From NCBI GenBank assembly GCA_037444405.1, contig JBBIML010000013.1, positions 1 to 64,000 of the forward strand: a stretch of DNA of 64,000 nucleotides, given 5' to 3'. Below, piece after piece: positions 9,670-19,880 of the stretch. The DNA is from Armatimonadota bacterium (GTDB lineage: Bacteria > Armatimonadota > Fimbriimonadia > Fimbriimonadales > GBS-DC). The position numbers and the translations under genes were made by a program. The stretch's first letter is position 1. Every line of letters begins with the position of its first letter. The notes beneath the pieces were generated by a model, which saw only the letters and a list, made by a program, of their open reading frames with translations, ran no database searches and was not told the DNA's origin.

Positions 9670-10917
9670 ATGGACATCGAGCAGCAGTTGGCGGTTTTGA
9701 GGCGAGGCGCGGAGGAGATTATCACTGAAGAGGAGCTGCGGGCGAAACTAACGCGCGGGAGACCGCTGCGCGTGAAGCTGGGCATCGATCCGACCGCGCC
9801 CGATGTGCATCTCGGCTGGGCAGTGGTGCTGCGCAAACTGCGCCAGTTCCAGGACTTCGGGCATATCGCCTGCCTCATCGTGGGCGACTTCACCGCGATG
9901 ATTGGTGACCCGACAGGCAAATCGAAAACGCGCCGCCAGCTCCCCCGCGAGGAAGTGATGCGCTATGTCGAAAAGCTCAAGCCGCAACTGTTTCGCATCC
10001 TGGACCCCAGCCGCACCGAACTCCACTACAACGCCGACTGGCTGGGCAGGATGAGCTTCGCCGATGTGATCCAGCTCGCCAGCAAGTACACCGTCGCCCG
10101 CATTCTGGAGCGCGACGATTTCGCCACCCGCATGGCAACCAATCAGCCACTCGGGCTGCACGAGATTCTCTACCCGCTCTGTCAAGGCTACGACTCGGTG
10201 GCGATTCAGGCGGATGTGGAGCTGGGCGGCAGCGACCAGCGGTTCAATAATCTGGTGGGGCGCGACCTCCAGCGCGAGTTCGGACAGGAGCCGCAGGTGG
10301 TGTTCCTGATGCCGCTGCTGATCGGACTGGACGGCAAGGAGAAGATGAGCCAGTCGCTGGGCAACTACATCGGCATCAACGAGCCGCCCGATCAGATGTT
10401 CGGCAAGGTGATGAGCCTGCCCGACGAGCTGATGAGCCACTACTTCGTGCTGTGTACCGATGTGCCGCTGGAGGAGGTGCAGGCGCTGGAGCGCGACTGG
10501 CATGAGGGGCGCATCAACCCGCGCGATGTGAAGCGTCGGCTGGCACGCGAGATTGTCGCGCTCTATCACGGCAGCGCTGCCGCTGAACAGGCTGACGAGC
10601 AGTTTATGCGAATCTTTTCGAAGCGGGAGCTGCCTGAAGAGGCGCCCGAAGCGCCCATCCCGATGCATCTCATGCGTGAGGACGGCACCATCGCGCTGGC
10701 GGCGCTGATTGCCGCCATCGGGCTGGCGCCCAGCAACTCGGAGGCGCGACGGATTATGCAGGGCGGCGGCGTGGAGCTGGACGGTCAGCGCGTGCAGGAC
10801 CCCAACGCCCGCTTCACGCCCGAACAGCTGGTCGGGCGCCTGCTGCGTGTCGGCAAACACCGCTTCGCCCGCCTGCAAGCCACCGACCCGAATTCGGGGC
10901 GACTCACAGCGGAATGA
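9670..10917 (+). CDS. tyrS: Tyrosine--tRNA ligase
   Basis: KLGIDPTAPDVHLGW, GGSDQ, KMSQS, C-terminal S4 domain; start 9643 also possible. Confidence 0.97.
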   Translation: MDIEQQLAVLRRGAEEIITEEELRAKLTRGRPLRVKLGIDPTAPDVHLGWAVVLRKLRQFQDFGHIACLIVGDFTAMIGDPTGKSKTRRQLPREEVMRYVEKLKPQLFRILDPSRTELHYNADWLGRMSFADVIQLASKYTVARILERDDFATRMATNQPLGLHEILYPLCQGYDSVAIQADVELGGSDQRFNNLVGRDLQREFGQEPQVVFLMPLLIGLDGKEKMSQSLGNYIGINEPPDQMFGKVMSLPDELMSHYFVLCTDVPLEEVQALERDWHEGRINPRDVKRRLAREIVALYHGSAAAEQADEQFMRIFSKRELPEEAPEAPIPMHLMREDGTIALAALIAAIGLAPSNSEARRIMQGGGVELDGQRVQDPNARFTPEQLVGRLLRVGKHRFARLQATDPNSGRLTAE

Positions 10918-11965
10918 AGCTCATATCAGGTGTGAGGCGGCGGGTGAAGGCAGCGAGCAGGCGCACCGCGTTCTCCACATCCTCCAGCGAGAGCAGCTCG
11001 CAGGGCGTGTGCATGTAGCGCAATGGAACCGAGATCAGCCCCGTTGCCATCCCCGCGCGGCTGATCTGCATCGCGTTCGCGTCGGTGCCCGTGCCGCCGC
11101 CCGTAGCTTCAATCTGATAGGGGATGCCCTCCTCTTCGGCGGTCTGCACCAGCAGGTCGAACACACGCGGATTGATGTTCGCGCCCCGGCAGATAACGGG
11201 TCCCTTGCCCGGGATCACCTCACCGACGCGCTTTTTGTCCACACCCGGGTAGTCGGAGGCGTGCGTGACATCGACGGCGATACCCACCTGCGGGTCGACA
11301 CCGTACGCGCTGGTGCGAGCGCCGCGCAGCCCGATCTCTTCCTGCACGGTGGCGACGGCGAACACGGCAGCCGTCGGGCGATTTTCGCTGAGCAGGCGCA
11401 GCGCCTCCGCCACGATAAACGCGCCCATCTTGTTATCGAACCCGCGCGCGGCCGCAAAACCGTTCATCAGTGGAGTGAACTCGGCGGCAATCGTGATGGG
11501 GTCGCCGATGCGCACCTTCTCCTGCGCGGCGGCGCGACTGCCCGCGCCAATATCCACCCACAGATCGTGCAGCTTGGGCGCCTTGTTGCGCTCGTCCTCC
11601 TCCAGCAAATGGATTGGCTTGCGCCCGATGACGCCCGGGATTGCGCCCGATGCGGTATGCACATAGACGCGCTGCCCGACCGGGATGACCGCATCGTGCC
11701 CGCCTATCGGACCGAAGTAGAGGAAGCCCTCGTCGGAGATGTAGCGCACGATGAAGCCGATTTCGTCCATGTGTCCGGCGAACATCACGCGCGGCTTGCC
11801 CGATGGGTTCAGCGCCGCAATCACATTGCCCATCACATCGGTGGTCACTTCGTCGGCGAACTCGCGCGTGTAGCGGCGATACACTTCTGCCGCCCGATAC
11901 TCATAGCCGGATGGCGACGGTGTGTTCACAATCGTTTTGAAAAACTCCAGCGATTCGGGTCTCAT
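10904..11965 (-). CDS. M42 family metallopeptidase
   Basis: SPSGYE, GHMDEIG, FDNKMG, VQEEIGLRGA, GTDA, RYMHTP. Confidence 0.92.
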   Translation of the reverse strand: MRPESLEFFKTIVNTPSPSGYEYRAAEVYRRYTREFADEVTTDVMGNVIAALNPSGKPRVMFAGHMDEIGFIVRYISDEGFLYFGPIGGHDAVIPVGQRVYVHTASGAIPGVIGRKPIHLLEEDERNKAPKLHDLWVDIGAGSRAAAQEKVRIGDPITIAAEFTPLMNGFAAARGFDNKMGAFIVAEALRLLSENRPTAAVFAVATVQEEIGLRGARTSAYGVDPQVGIAVDVTHASDYPGVDKKRVGEVIPGKGPVICRGANINPRVFDLLVQTAEEEGIPYQIEATGGGTGTDANAMQISRAGMATGLISVPLRYMHTPCELLSLEDVENAVRLLAAFTRRLTPDMSFIPL

Positions 11966-12435
11966 TTTGTGCCTCCTGATAGTCGATGAAGGTTCGCCAT
12001 TTCGATGGCGCTGAGCGCGGCTTCGGCGCCCTTGTTGCCCGCTTTGCCGCCCGCACGTTCGAGCGCCTGTTCGAAGGTGGCTTCGGTGAGGATGCCCAGC
12101 GCGACGGGCACGCCCGTGTCCAGCATGGTGCGCATCAGCGCGTTGCAGACGGCGGCGCTGATATGGTGAGCATGGGCGGTCTCGCCCTGCAGCACCGCGC
12201 CGATGCAGATGATGGCGTCATACCGCTGGCTTCGGGCGCACGCCTGCACCGCGAGGGGTATCTCCCAGCTGCCCGGCACAGAGTAGAGGTCGATCGCGTT
12301 CGGGTCAGCGCCGTGCTGCAGCAGGGTCTGGACTGCGCCCTCGCGCAGGCGGTCCGTGATAAGCGCGTTATAGCGGCTGACAACGATTGCAAACCGCAAT
12401 CCCTGCGCCTGCAAGCCACCTTCGTAGCCTGCCAT
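11962..12435 (-). CDS. ribH: 6,7-dimethyl-8-ribityllumazine synthase
   Basis: IVVSRYN, VPGSWEIP, GETAH, GNKGAEAA. Confidence 0.95.
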   Translation of the reverse strand: MAGYEGGLQAQGLRFAIVVSRYNALITDRLREGAVQTLLQHGADPNAIDLYSVPGSWEIPLAVQACARSQRYDAIICIGAVLQGETAHAHHISAAVCNALMRTMLDTGVPVALGILTEATFEQALERAGGKAGNKGAEAALSAIEMANLHRLSGGTK

Positions 12436-12454
12436 CGCGGTAGAGTATACCCCT

Positions 12455-14002
12455 TCAATCCGTCTGAGTCGTCAGCATGTTTCTGGTGAGGGTCAGGGCG
12501 CGGCTGAGTTCGTCGGCGGTGCAGGTGCGCTGTCCCGATTGAGCGAGGTGTGCGCCCGCGGCGGCGTGCAGATAGGCGCCTGCGAGGCTCGCCTCCAGCG
12601 GCGGCAATCCCTGCGCGAGCAGACCCGCTATCGCGCCGGTCAGCACATCGCCCGAACCGCCTGTCGCCAGGCTCGGCTCGGCGAAGGGTATCAGCCACAC
12701 GCCAGCGCTGTCCGTCACGATGCTGTACGCGCCTTTCAGCACGATGGTCGCTTCATAGCGTTCGTTCAGCAGGGCGGCCGCGCTGAGGCGGTCCTCCTGC
12801 ACCTGGCGCGTTTCGAGCTGGAGCAGTCGCGCCGCCTCGCCCGGATGGGGGGTCAGGATGGTGCCGGGCGGCAGCGATACGGCGTTGCCCAGTCGCGCCA
12901 GCCAGTTCAAGCCGTCGGCGTCGATCACCAGCGGTCGCCCCGTCTCGCTCCATCGCTCCAGCAGCTCCAGCATGGCGTTGCCCGTCGGCTCATGCTGACC
13001 CAGCCCGGGACCGAGCGCCAGCACATCGAATCGGCTCCAGCGCTCGCTGAGGTAGCGCACGCCGTCGCGGGTCAGCACGCCCAGCTCGCCATCGGGCAGG
13101 GGTAGCGTCATCAGTTCGGGATAGAAGGCGGCGACCTGCGGCTGGATGCGGGACGGTACAGCGACCGTTGCCAGCCCTGCGCCGATGCGCAGCGCGGAAA
13201 TGCCCGCCAATGCAGGCGCGCCCACCATGCCCACCGAGCCGCCCACCACCAGCACGATTCCGCGCTGACCCTTGTGCGTGTCGGGCGACCACACCGGCAG
13301 CATCGAAGCCACATCCTGCGGGCGCAGCAGTCGCGCTGTGCATTCACACGCCTGCAGGCGGTGCGGCGCGATGCCTATCGGCACCGCCACCCACTGCCCC
13401 ACACAGCGCGGTCCCGCGTTCAGGAAGAAGCCGATTTTGGGCAGTCCCATCGTCACGGTGCAGGTCGCCCGCACGGCGACGCCCATCTCGTGTCCCGTGT
13501 CGGCGTCCAGCCCGGAGGGGATGTCCACCGCCACGATCGGGCGGTTCGAGCGGTTCATCGCTTCAATCAGCGAGCGGTACGGCTCGCGCACCTCGCCTGT
13601 CAGCCCTGTGCCCAGCAGCGCGTCGACCAGGATGTCCTCCCCCTGAAACAGTTCGGGTTCGGGCTGGGCGGGCGCCGCCAGCGCGGGGATGCCGTACGCG
13701 CGCACCATCTGCCACTGGATGGCGGTGTCGCCCGTGAACTCGTTCGGCTCCGCTGTTAGCCACAGATGCACCTGTGCGCCCGCCTCATGCAGATAGCGAG
13801 CGACCACCATGCCGTCGCCCCCGTTGTTGCCCTTACCCACCAGCACGGCGACATGGCGACCCCGTATCGGGCTGAACCGCTCGCACAGGTGGCGGAACAC
13901 GCCCTGACCCGCCCGCTCCATCAGGATCAGCGACGGGATGCCATCCTCTTCGATGGTGAGCCGATCGAGGGCGCGCATCTCCGCCGCGCTTACCACTGGC
14001 AT
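12455..14002 (-). CDS. nnr: Bifunctional NAD(P)H-hydrate epimerase/dehydratase
   Basis: LMERAG, GKGNNGGDG, DIPSG, HKG..G, DADGL, TPHPGE, GGSGDVL; start at MPVVSAAEM inferred. Confidence 0.93.
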   Translation of the reverse strand: MPVVSAAEMRALDRLTIEEDGIPSLILMERAGQGVFRHLCERFSPIRGRHVAVLVGKGNNGGDGMVVARYLHEAGAQVHLWLTAEPNEFTGDTAIQWQMVRAYGIPALAAPAQPEPELFQGEDILVDALLGTGLTGEVREPYRSLIEAMNRSNRPIVAVDIPSGLDADTGHEMGVAVRATCTVTMGLPKIGFFLNAGPRCVGQWVAVPIGIAPHRLQACECTARLLRPQDVASMLPVWSPDTHKGQRGIVLVVGGSVGMVGAPALAGISALRIGAGLATVAVPSRIQPQVAAFYPELMTLPLPDGELGVLTRDGVRYLSERWSRFDVLALGPGLGQHEPTGNAMLELLERWSETGRPLVIDADGLNWLARLGNAVSLPPGTILTPHPGEAARLLQLETRQVQEDRLSAAALLNERYEATIVLKGAYSIVTDSAGVWLIPFAEPSLATGGSGDVLTGAIAGLLAQGLPPLEASLAGAYLHAAAGAHLAQSGQRTCTADELSRALTLTRNMLTTQTD

Positions 14003-14075
14003 GCCCCAGCACATACCTTTCCAGTTCACCTTCCGCAACGGCTCTCCTGCCTGTGCGTGGGGTATCCTTCTAACT

Positions 14076-16403
14076 ATGGTGAACGCTAATCGTCGCAAGG
14101 GGCACGCGGTGGTGCTGGGCGCGGGCACGATGGGCAGCGGCATCGCCGCGCTATTAGCCAGCGTCGGCTGGCGCGTTACCCTGCTCGATGTGGGCGAGGT
14201 CGCCCTCCACGCGCTGGAGCGACTGAAACAGAGCGGCGCGTTCTATCACCCCGATGACGCGACGCGAATCACGCCCGGCAATGTGGACAGCCATCTGGAC
14301 GCGGTGGAGAGCGCGGACTGGGTGCTGGAGGCGATTATCGAGCGCATCGAGCCGAAGCGGGAGCTGTGGACGCGTGTGGCAAAGCGGGTGAACCCGGGCG
14401 CCGTTTTAAGCACGAACACTTCGGGGCTGGGCATCGCCGAGATTGCCGAAGCGCTGCCACCCAACCTGCGCAGCCGCTTTCTGGGCACCCACTTTTTCAA
14501 TCCCCCACGCGTGATGCACCTGTTAGAAATCATCCCCACCGCCGACACCGACCCCGACCTGGTGGTACAGTTCACTGCCTTCGCGGAGCGGCTGCTGGGC
14601 AAGCGGGTGGTGCTGGCGAAAGACCGACCTGGCTTCATCACCACGCGAATCGGCATCTACGCGCTGATGCGGGCGCTGGTGAGCGCAATCCAGTTTCGCA
14701 TCACGCCCGAAGAGGCGGACACCCTGCTGGGTCCGCTGGTCGGTCATCCGCGCAGTGGGGTCTTTCGGCTCGCCGATCTGGTGGGGCTCGATATCGCGCA
14801 TAATATCATTCTCAACCAGAAGGAGCGCTTGCCCGACGATTTTTATATCCAATCGTTGCAGTTGCCGCCCGTGTGGCACGCGCTGATAGAGCAGGGTCGG
14901 CTGGGCGAGAAGGCGGGCGCGGGCTTTTATAAGCGTGAAGGGCGCGAGATTCTGACCCTCGATTTCGACACACTTGCCTATCGCCCGCGTCGGGAGCCGC
15001 AGCTGCCGCTGGAACCGTCCGTTCCGCAGCTGCCGCTGCCAGAGCGGTTGCAGGCGCTGCTCAATCTGCCCGATCAGTACGGCGCCTTCTTCCGCGAGGC
15101 GTTCCTGATGCCGCTGGCGTACGGCGCGGAGGTGATGCCCGAAGTCGCCTACGACATCCCATCGCTCGATATGGCGATGCGACTGGGCTACAACTGGGAG
15201 CTGGGCGTGTTTGAGAGCTGGGACGCGCTGGGCGAGGCGGGACGCGACGCGCTCGCCCAGCTGAACCTGCCACAGGAACCCAGAATGCTGAGAGCTTTGC
15301 GCAACGCGGGCTTCAACCGCTTCTACACCACCCACGGCGCCACGCGCGTCTACTTTGAGCTGCGCGATGACGAGGGCGACTATGTGCCCCTCACCACACC
15401 CCACTTCTTCATCCAGCTGGACGACCTCGCGCGCGGCGGCAAACTCATCGAAGAGCATCCCGAAGCCCGCCTGATCGATCTGGGCGACGATGTGGTCTGC
15501 ATCGAGTTCCGCACCAAAGCGAATGTGCTGACGCCCGATTTAATGCGCTTTCTGCACCATGTGCTGGAGCGGGCGGAGCGCGAGTTCGCAGGTGTCGTGA
15601 TTGGCAATCAGGGACGCATGTTCTCGGCAGGATTCAATCTGAACCTGTTCGTGGAGTATATCACGGCGGAGGACTGGCAGGGTCTGGACGAGGGTCTGCG
15701 CCTTCTGCAGGGCTTGAGCCAGCGCATTCGCACCTGCGGCGTGCCCGTCGTGGCAGCGGTGCATGGTTATGCGCTGGGTGGCGGGCTGGAAGTGGTTCTG
15801 CCCTGCGCCCATGTGCATGCGCATGTGGATGCCAGCCTCGGTCTGCCCGAAGCGCTGGTCGGGCTGATCCCCGCTGGGGGCGGCACCACCCTGATGACCC
15901 GCCGCGCCCTGGAGAATCTCCCGCCCGATGACGACCCGCTGCCCCACCTGCGCCCCGTCTTCCAGACGCTGGCGTTCGGCAAGCGTTCGAATAACGCCTT
16001 CGACGCCTGCACGCTGGGCTTCCTGCGCCCGCACGACACGCTCTGCTGGAACATCGACCGCCTGCTGTACGAAGCCAAGCAGCATGTGCTGGCACTGTCG
16101 CGGGCGGGCTACCGACCACCTCAGCCCACGCCCATCCTCGCCACTGGCGAGAACGGCTTCGCGCGACTGATGATGGAGGTCCACTGGGCACACAAAGCGG
16201 AGCAGATCAGTGACCATGACCGCCTCATCGCCGAGAAGATTGCTTATGTGATGACCGGTGGCGCGGTCAAATCGGCTACCCCATTGCCCGAAGAGCATTT
16301 CCACGCGCTCGAACGCGAGGCGTTCATCGAACTCTGCCGCACGCCCAAAACGCTGGAGCGCATCCGCCACATGCTCGAAACGGGCAAACCGCTGCGCAAC
16401 TGA
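14076..16403 (+). CDS. fadN: 3-hydroxyacyl-CoA dehydrogenase/enoyl-CoA hydratase (FadN-like)
   Basis: GAGTMGSGIA, STNTSG, HFFNPP, crotonase ALGGG, C-term RIRHMLETGKPLRN. Confidence 0.88.
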   Translation: MVNANRRKGHAVVLGAGTMGSGIAALLASVGWRVTLLDVGEVALHALERLKQSGAFYHPDDATRITPGNVDSHLDAVESADWVLEAIIERIEPKRELWTRVAKRVNPGAVLSTNTSGLGIAEIAEALPPNLRSRFLGTHFFNPPRVMHLLEIIPTADTDPDLVVQFTAFAERLLGKRVVLAKDRPGFITTRIGIYALMRALVSAIQFRITPEEADTLLGPLVGHPRSGVFRLADLVGLDIAHNIILNQKERLPDDFYIQSLQLPPVWHALIEQGRLGEKAGAGFYKREGREILTLDFDTLAYRPRREPQLPLEPSVPQLPLPERLQALLNLPDQYGAFFREAFLMPLAYGAEVMPEVAYDIPSLDMAMRLGYNWELGVFESWDALGEAGRDALAQLNLPQEPRMLRALRNAGFNRFYTTHGATRVYFELRDDEGDYVPLTTPHFFIQLDDLARGGKLIEEHPEARLIDLGDDVVCIEFRTKANVLTPDLMRFLHHVLERAEREFAGVVIGNQGRMFSAGFNLNLFVEYITAEDWQGLDEGLRLLQGLSQRIRTCGVPVVAAVHGYALGGGLEVVLPCAHVHAHVDASLGLPEALVGLIPAGGGTTLMTRRALENLPPDDDPLPHLRPVFQTLAFGKRSNNAFDACTLGFLRPHDTLCWNIDRLLYEAKQHVLALSRAGYRPPQPTPILATGENGFARLMMEVHWAHKAEQISDHDRLIAEKIAYVMTGGAVKSATPLPEEHFHALEREAFIELCRTPKTLERIRHMLETGKPLRN

Positions 16404-16416
16404 GAGGGAGCAAACC

Positions 16417-16785
16417 ATGCGGAAACGCGCACAGGAGACACGGCTCTATCGGCTGGAGATGAATGAGCGAATCTTAAACAGTGGCTTCAAGCCGTTCCAG
16501 CGGTTCTTCGCGCTGGACACCGCCGCCTACGAAGCCGGCGCCATCCCCGTCAAATACAAAGAGCTGATGGGACTGGTCGGCTCGATGGTGCTGCGCTGTA
16601 ACGACTGCATCTTTTATCATCTGGACCGATGCGTGCAGGAGGGCGCCACGCGCGAGGAACTGCACGAGGCGATGAACATCGCGCTCATCATCGGCGGCTC
16701 CATCGTCATTCCGCATCTGCGCTACGCCTACGAGGTAATGGATGAACTGTTCGAGGAAAAAGCCCAACGCGAGGGAGGTGCATAG
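16417..16785 (+). CDS. Carboxymuconolactone decarboxylase/AhpD family protein
   Basis: KELMGLVGSMVLRCNDCIFYH (CxxC..H). Confidence 0.85.
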   Translation: MRKRAQETRLYRLEMNERILNSGFKPFQRFFALDTAAYEAGAIPVKYKELMGLVGSMVLRCNDCIFYHLDRCVQEGATREELHEAMNIALIIGGSIVIPHLRYAYEVMDELFEEKAQREGGA

Positions 16786-17028
16786 ATGGCAACCGTGCAT
16801 ATGAAGATAGCGACCGTCACGCGCGACCAGGTGAAGGTGCCATGGCTGTGGCGACTGGGACGCGATTTTGAGCTGCAGGTCAACATTCTGAAGGCGAACA
16901 TCGACGACGATTTCGGCTGGGCATTGATCGAACTGCAGGGTCCCGTCGAGGAGATTCAGCGGGCAACGGCGTGGCTCCATACGACGGGACTGCATGTGGA
17001 GCCTGTGGAGCGCTCCGTCTCGGAATGA
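16786..17028 (+). CDS. Stand-alone NIL domain protein
   Basis: 'WRLGRDFELQVNILKANI..GWALIELQG' NIL signature; SD GGAGG. Confidence 0.8.
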   Translation: MATVHMKIATVTRDQVKVPWLWRLGRDFELQVNILKANIDDDFGWALIELQGPVEEIQRATAWLHTTGLHVEPVERSVSE

Positions 17029-17031
17029 GCG

Positions 17032-17943
17032 ATGCCTGCGGTTTTACTGAAGCGACCGTCGCCGCCGCCCGACTTTGAAGCCTTCTGGCGTGAGGTGGTC
17101 GCCGAGAGCGACGCCCTGCCCCTGATCTATGAGCGTGTGCATCAGCCCTCGGATGACACGCTCACCCATCAGGTGTTTCGTTTGCGCTGGCAGGGCGCTG
17201 ATGGCAAAGGGCGCGAGGGCTGGTACGCCGTGCCGCGCACCCCTTCCACCGAAAAACGGGTGGGACTGCTCTACCTGCCCGGCTACGGCATCGGCACCAC
17301 CCCCATCAACGAGAACACGGCTTTTGACCGCTTCGTCACCCTGTCGCCTAATCTGCACGGCTATTCGGTGGAGCCGAACATCCCCTATAGCCCCGAACAC
17401 GGCTACTTCACGCAGGGCATCGAATCGCCACGCACCTATGTGTATCGGCGTATCATGCTGGACTGCCTGCTCGCTGTGCGTGTGCTGAACGCTCAGCCGG
17501 AGGTCGATTCGAGCCGAATTGTTGCGGCGGGGTTGAGTCAAGGAGGCGGTCTGGCGGTGATGCTGGGCGCATGGTGCCCGCTGGTGCGCGTGGTGGTTGC
17601 GGAACTGCCTGCGCTCACCTACTGGGAGTATCTGCTGAACGCCACCGCGTGGCGCTATCCCATCAAAGAGTTCGCCGACTACATGCAGGCAACGGGGCAC
17701 CGCCCCGAAACATTGCTGCAAACCCTGCAATATTTCGATACGGTCAACCATGCGCCCTTTGTGTGCGTGCCTGTGCAGCTGAGCCTCGCGCTGAAAGACC
17801 CTGGCATCCGCGCGCCGGTGGTCTTCTCGCTTTATGACGCCCTCCCACATCCCAAACGCCTGCTGATTTACGAAGATCTAGGACACGACTGGTCACCTGA
17901 GATGCACATACGCCTGCAGGAGTGGGTGGATATGTCAATTTAA
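17032..17943 (+). CDS. Acetylxylan esterase (CE7/AXE1) family alpha/beta hydrolase
   Basis: PPDFEAFW, GLSQGGG nucleophile elbow, YFD..N, terminal GH. Confidence 0.85.
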   Translation: MPAVLLKRPSPPPDFEAFWREVVAESDALPLIYERVHQPSDDTLTHQVFRLRWQGADGKGREGWYAVPRTPSTEKRVGLLYLPGYGIGTTPINENTAFDRFVTLSPNLHGYSVEPNIPYSPEHGYFTQGIESPRTYVYRRIMLDCLLAVRVLNAQPEVDSSRIVAAGLSQGGGLAVMLGAWCPLVRVVVAELPALTYWEYLLNATAWRYPIKEFADYMQATGHRPETLLQTLQYFDTVNHAPFVCVPVQLSLALKDPGIRAPVVFSLYDALPHPKRLLIYEDLGHDWSPEMHIRLQEWVDMSI

Positions 17944-18557
17944 TCCTGTGGAGGCAACAGGTCATCGACAGCAACCACACTTTCTGGTTTGGCAACGGGC
18001 GTCAGCACCTCCCCCGCACGATACACCCCCTGCTGACGATAACCATACCCATAGGGACGCCCGCTCATCGGCACTGGCTCGCGAAACACCTCCACCACCC
18101 GCTCCGCAAGATTGATAATCCAGTATTCGGGGATGCCTGCCCATGCGTACAGGCTGGCTTTGGTGTGGCGGTCGAGGCGCAGGGTGGTCTCGCTGACCTC
18201 CACCACCAGCACGGCGCGGGTGGGATGCGCGTGGGCGAAGTCGCGAATGGCGCCTTCCACCACCGCGACATCGGGCAGGGGTTCATCCCGCTCGCTCAAG
18301 GTCAGGGGCAGCTGGGTACGAATCACATATCCCTTGCCAAACGCCTGACGCAGTGCTTCATCACAGAGGCTGATAGCAGTCGCATGGGCGCTTTTCATTG
18401 GCAACTCCTTTGCGATGAGTTCGCCGTTGATGAGCTCAATCTTCTCGTCGGGCTGGATGATGCCCGCCTCGATCATGCGCTCCAGATCGGCGCGGGTGAA
18501 CTTGCGTCGGTAGCCTGCACGGTACGCCGGCGAAACACGGGATAGGGTCTTTGCCAT
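17940..18557 (-). CDS. Uma2 family endonuclease (DUF820)
   Basis: IELINGEL, EPLPDVAV, LVVEVS..TL..DR..K..LYA.AGIPEYWIINL. Confidence 0.9.
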   Translation of the reverse strand: MAKTLSRVSPAYRAGYRRKFTRADLERMIEAGIIQPDEKIELINGELIAKELPMKSAHATAISLCDEALRQAFGKGYVIRTQLPLTLSERDEPLPDVAVVEGAIRDFAHAHPTRAVLVVEVSETTLRLDRHTKASLYAWAGIPEYWIINLAERVVEVFREPVPMSGRPYGYGYRQQGVYRAGEVLTPVAKPESVVAVDDLLPPQD

Positions 18558-18626
18558 ACCTTCAGTATACCCCAGTCCATGCAGAGAGGTTTTGCAGCGC
18601 CTGGGCGGGTGTCCCTTACAGCCCAT

Positions 18627-19880
18627 CTACTCCGTGAACATGTCGGGCGTGAACTGCTTTTTGGTGCCGGTGGCGATGGCTTCTTCGGCGAGCAGTACGG
18701 TCGCGAGCGCGGGGATGGCTTCTCGGGGCGTGCAGCGTGGGGTCTCGCTCGTGCGCACGCACTGGCAGAAATGTTCCAGTTCCAGGTAGTAGGCGTTGCG
18801 GTTGGCGCCGTAGTTGAGTTGCTCGCTGGCGGTTTGGGCGCGGCGGGTCGGACGCGCCTGCAAGGTGATGGCGGTGCGACCGCCCACCTGCTGCGTGCTG
18901 GCGTCCTGCTCCCACTCCAGCCTGCCTGCGCGCGGCTCCCGAAAGAGCAGCCCTTTGTTCTCCTCCGTCAGCACAATCGTGCCCTGATCGCCCATGAACC
19001 ACTCGCCGTAGCCGTCATAGGCGTTCGCCGTGATGCTGCTGTAGACCACTTTGACCCCGTTCGGATATTCGTACAGCAGTTCCACATTGTCATACACCTC
19101 GCGCCCATCTTTCCAGTAATCGATGCCGCCTGTGCCGACCACCGCAATCGGATAGCTGCCCAGAAACCAGTTGATCACATCCAGCTGGTGGCTGGCAAGC
19201 TCGGTCAGCAGCCCGTGCGAATATTCTCTGTACAGTCGCCAGTTGAGCAGGCGTTCGAATTTAGGGTTGGGCACGGCGCGGCGCCAGCTGCCGTTGCGGT
19301 GCCACAGCGCCCGCACATGGGTGATACGCCCAATTGCGCCCTCCTGAATGAGCCGATATGCCTGCTCGTAGATGGGATTGTAGTGGCGCTGATGCCCGAT
19401 TTGCAGGATTCGGCGCGTTTCGCGGGCGGTGCGCGCCATCGCCTTCGCCTCCTCCAGCGAGTAGGCAATCGCCTTCTCGCAGAATACATGCTTGCCCGCG
19501 CGCATCGCGTCGATGCTGATGGGCGCGTGCAGGTGCAGCGGAGTGGCAACCACCACCGCTTCGATGTCCTTGCGTTCCAGCAGGGCGCGATAGTCGGTGT
19601 AAGATTGGGCTTTCCCACCTGTGATTTCGAGGGCGCTGATTCGGTGAGGGGCATAGATGTCGCAGAGGGCGACCACTTCGGCAGTGGGGAGTGCCATCAG
19701 CTGGCGCAGCAGGTTCTGCCCCTGTGCGCCCGTGCCGATGACACCGATGCGCACCTTCTCCTGCTGGTTGGCGCGGGCGGTCAGGATACCGAAGCTGAAA
19801 ACGGCGGCACCCAGCGCGGCTTGCCGAAGGAACTCGCGCCGCGTGAGCTCCATCTGCCCACTTCGAGCATCGCTTCTCAT
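18627..19880 (-). CDS. Tat-exported Gfo/Idh/MocA oxidoreductase
   Basis: TRREFL twin-arginine, GVIGTGAQG, HVFCEK, NWRLYREYSHG; start 19880 (ATGA overlap) or 19853. Confidence 0.88.
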   Translation of the reverse strand: MRSDARSGQMELTRREFLRQAALGAAVFSFGILTARANQQEKVRIGVIGTGAQGQNLLRQLMALPTAEVVALCDIYAPHRISALEITGGKAQSYTDYRALLERKDIEAVVVATPLHLHAPISIDAMRAGKHVFCEKAIAYSLEEAKAMARTARETRRILQIGHQRHYNPIYEQAYRLIQEGAIGRITHVRALWHRNGSWRRAVPNPKFERLLNWRLYREYSHGLLTELASHQLDVINWFLGSYPIAVVGTGGIDYWKDGREVYDNVELLYEYPNGVKVVYSSITANAYDGYGEWFMGDQGTIVLTEENKGLLFREPRAGRLEWEQDASTQQVGGRTAITLQARPTRRAQTASEQLNYGANRNAYYLELEHFCQCVRTSETPRCTPREAIPALATVLLAEEAIATGTKKQFTPDMFTE

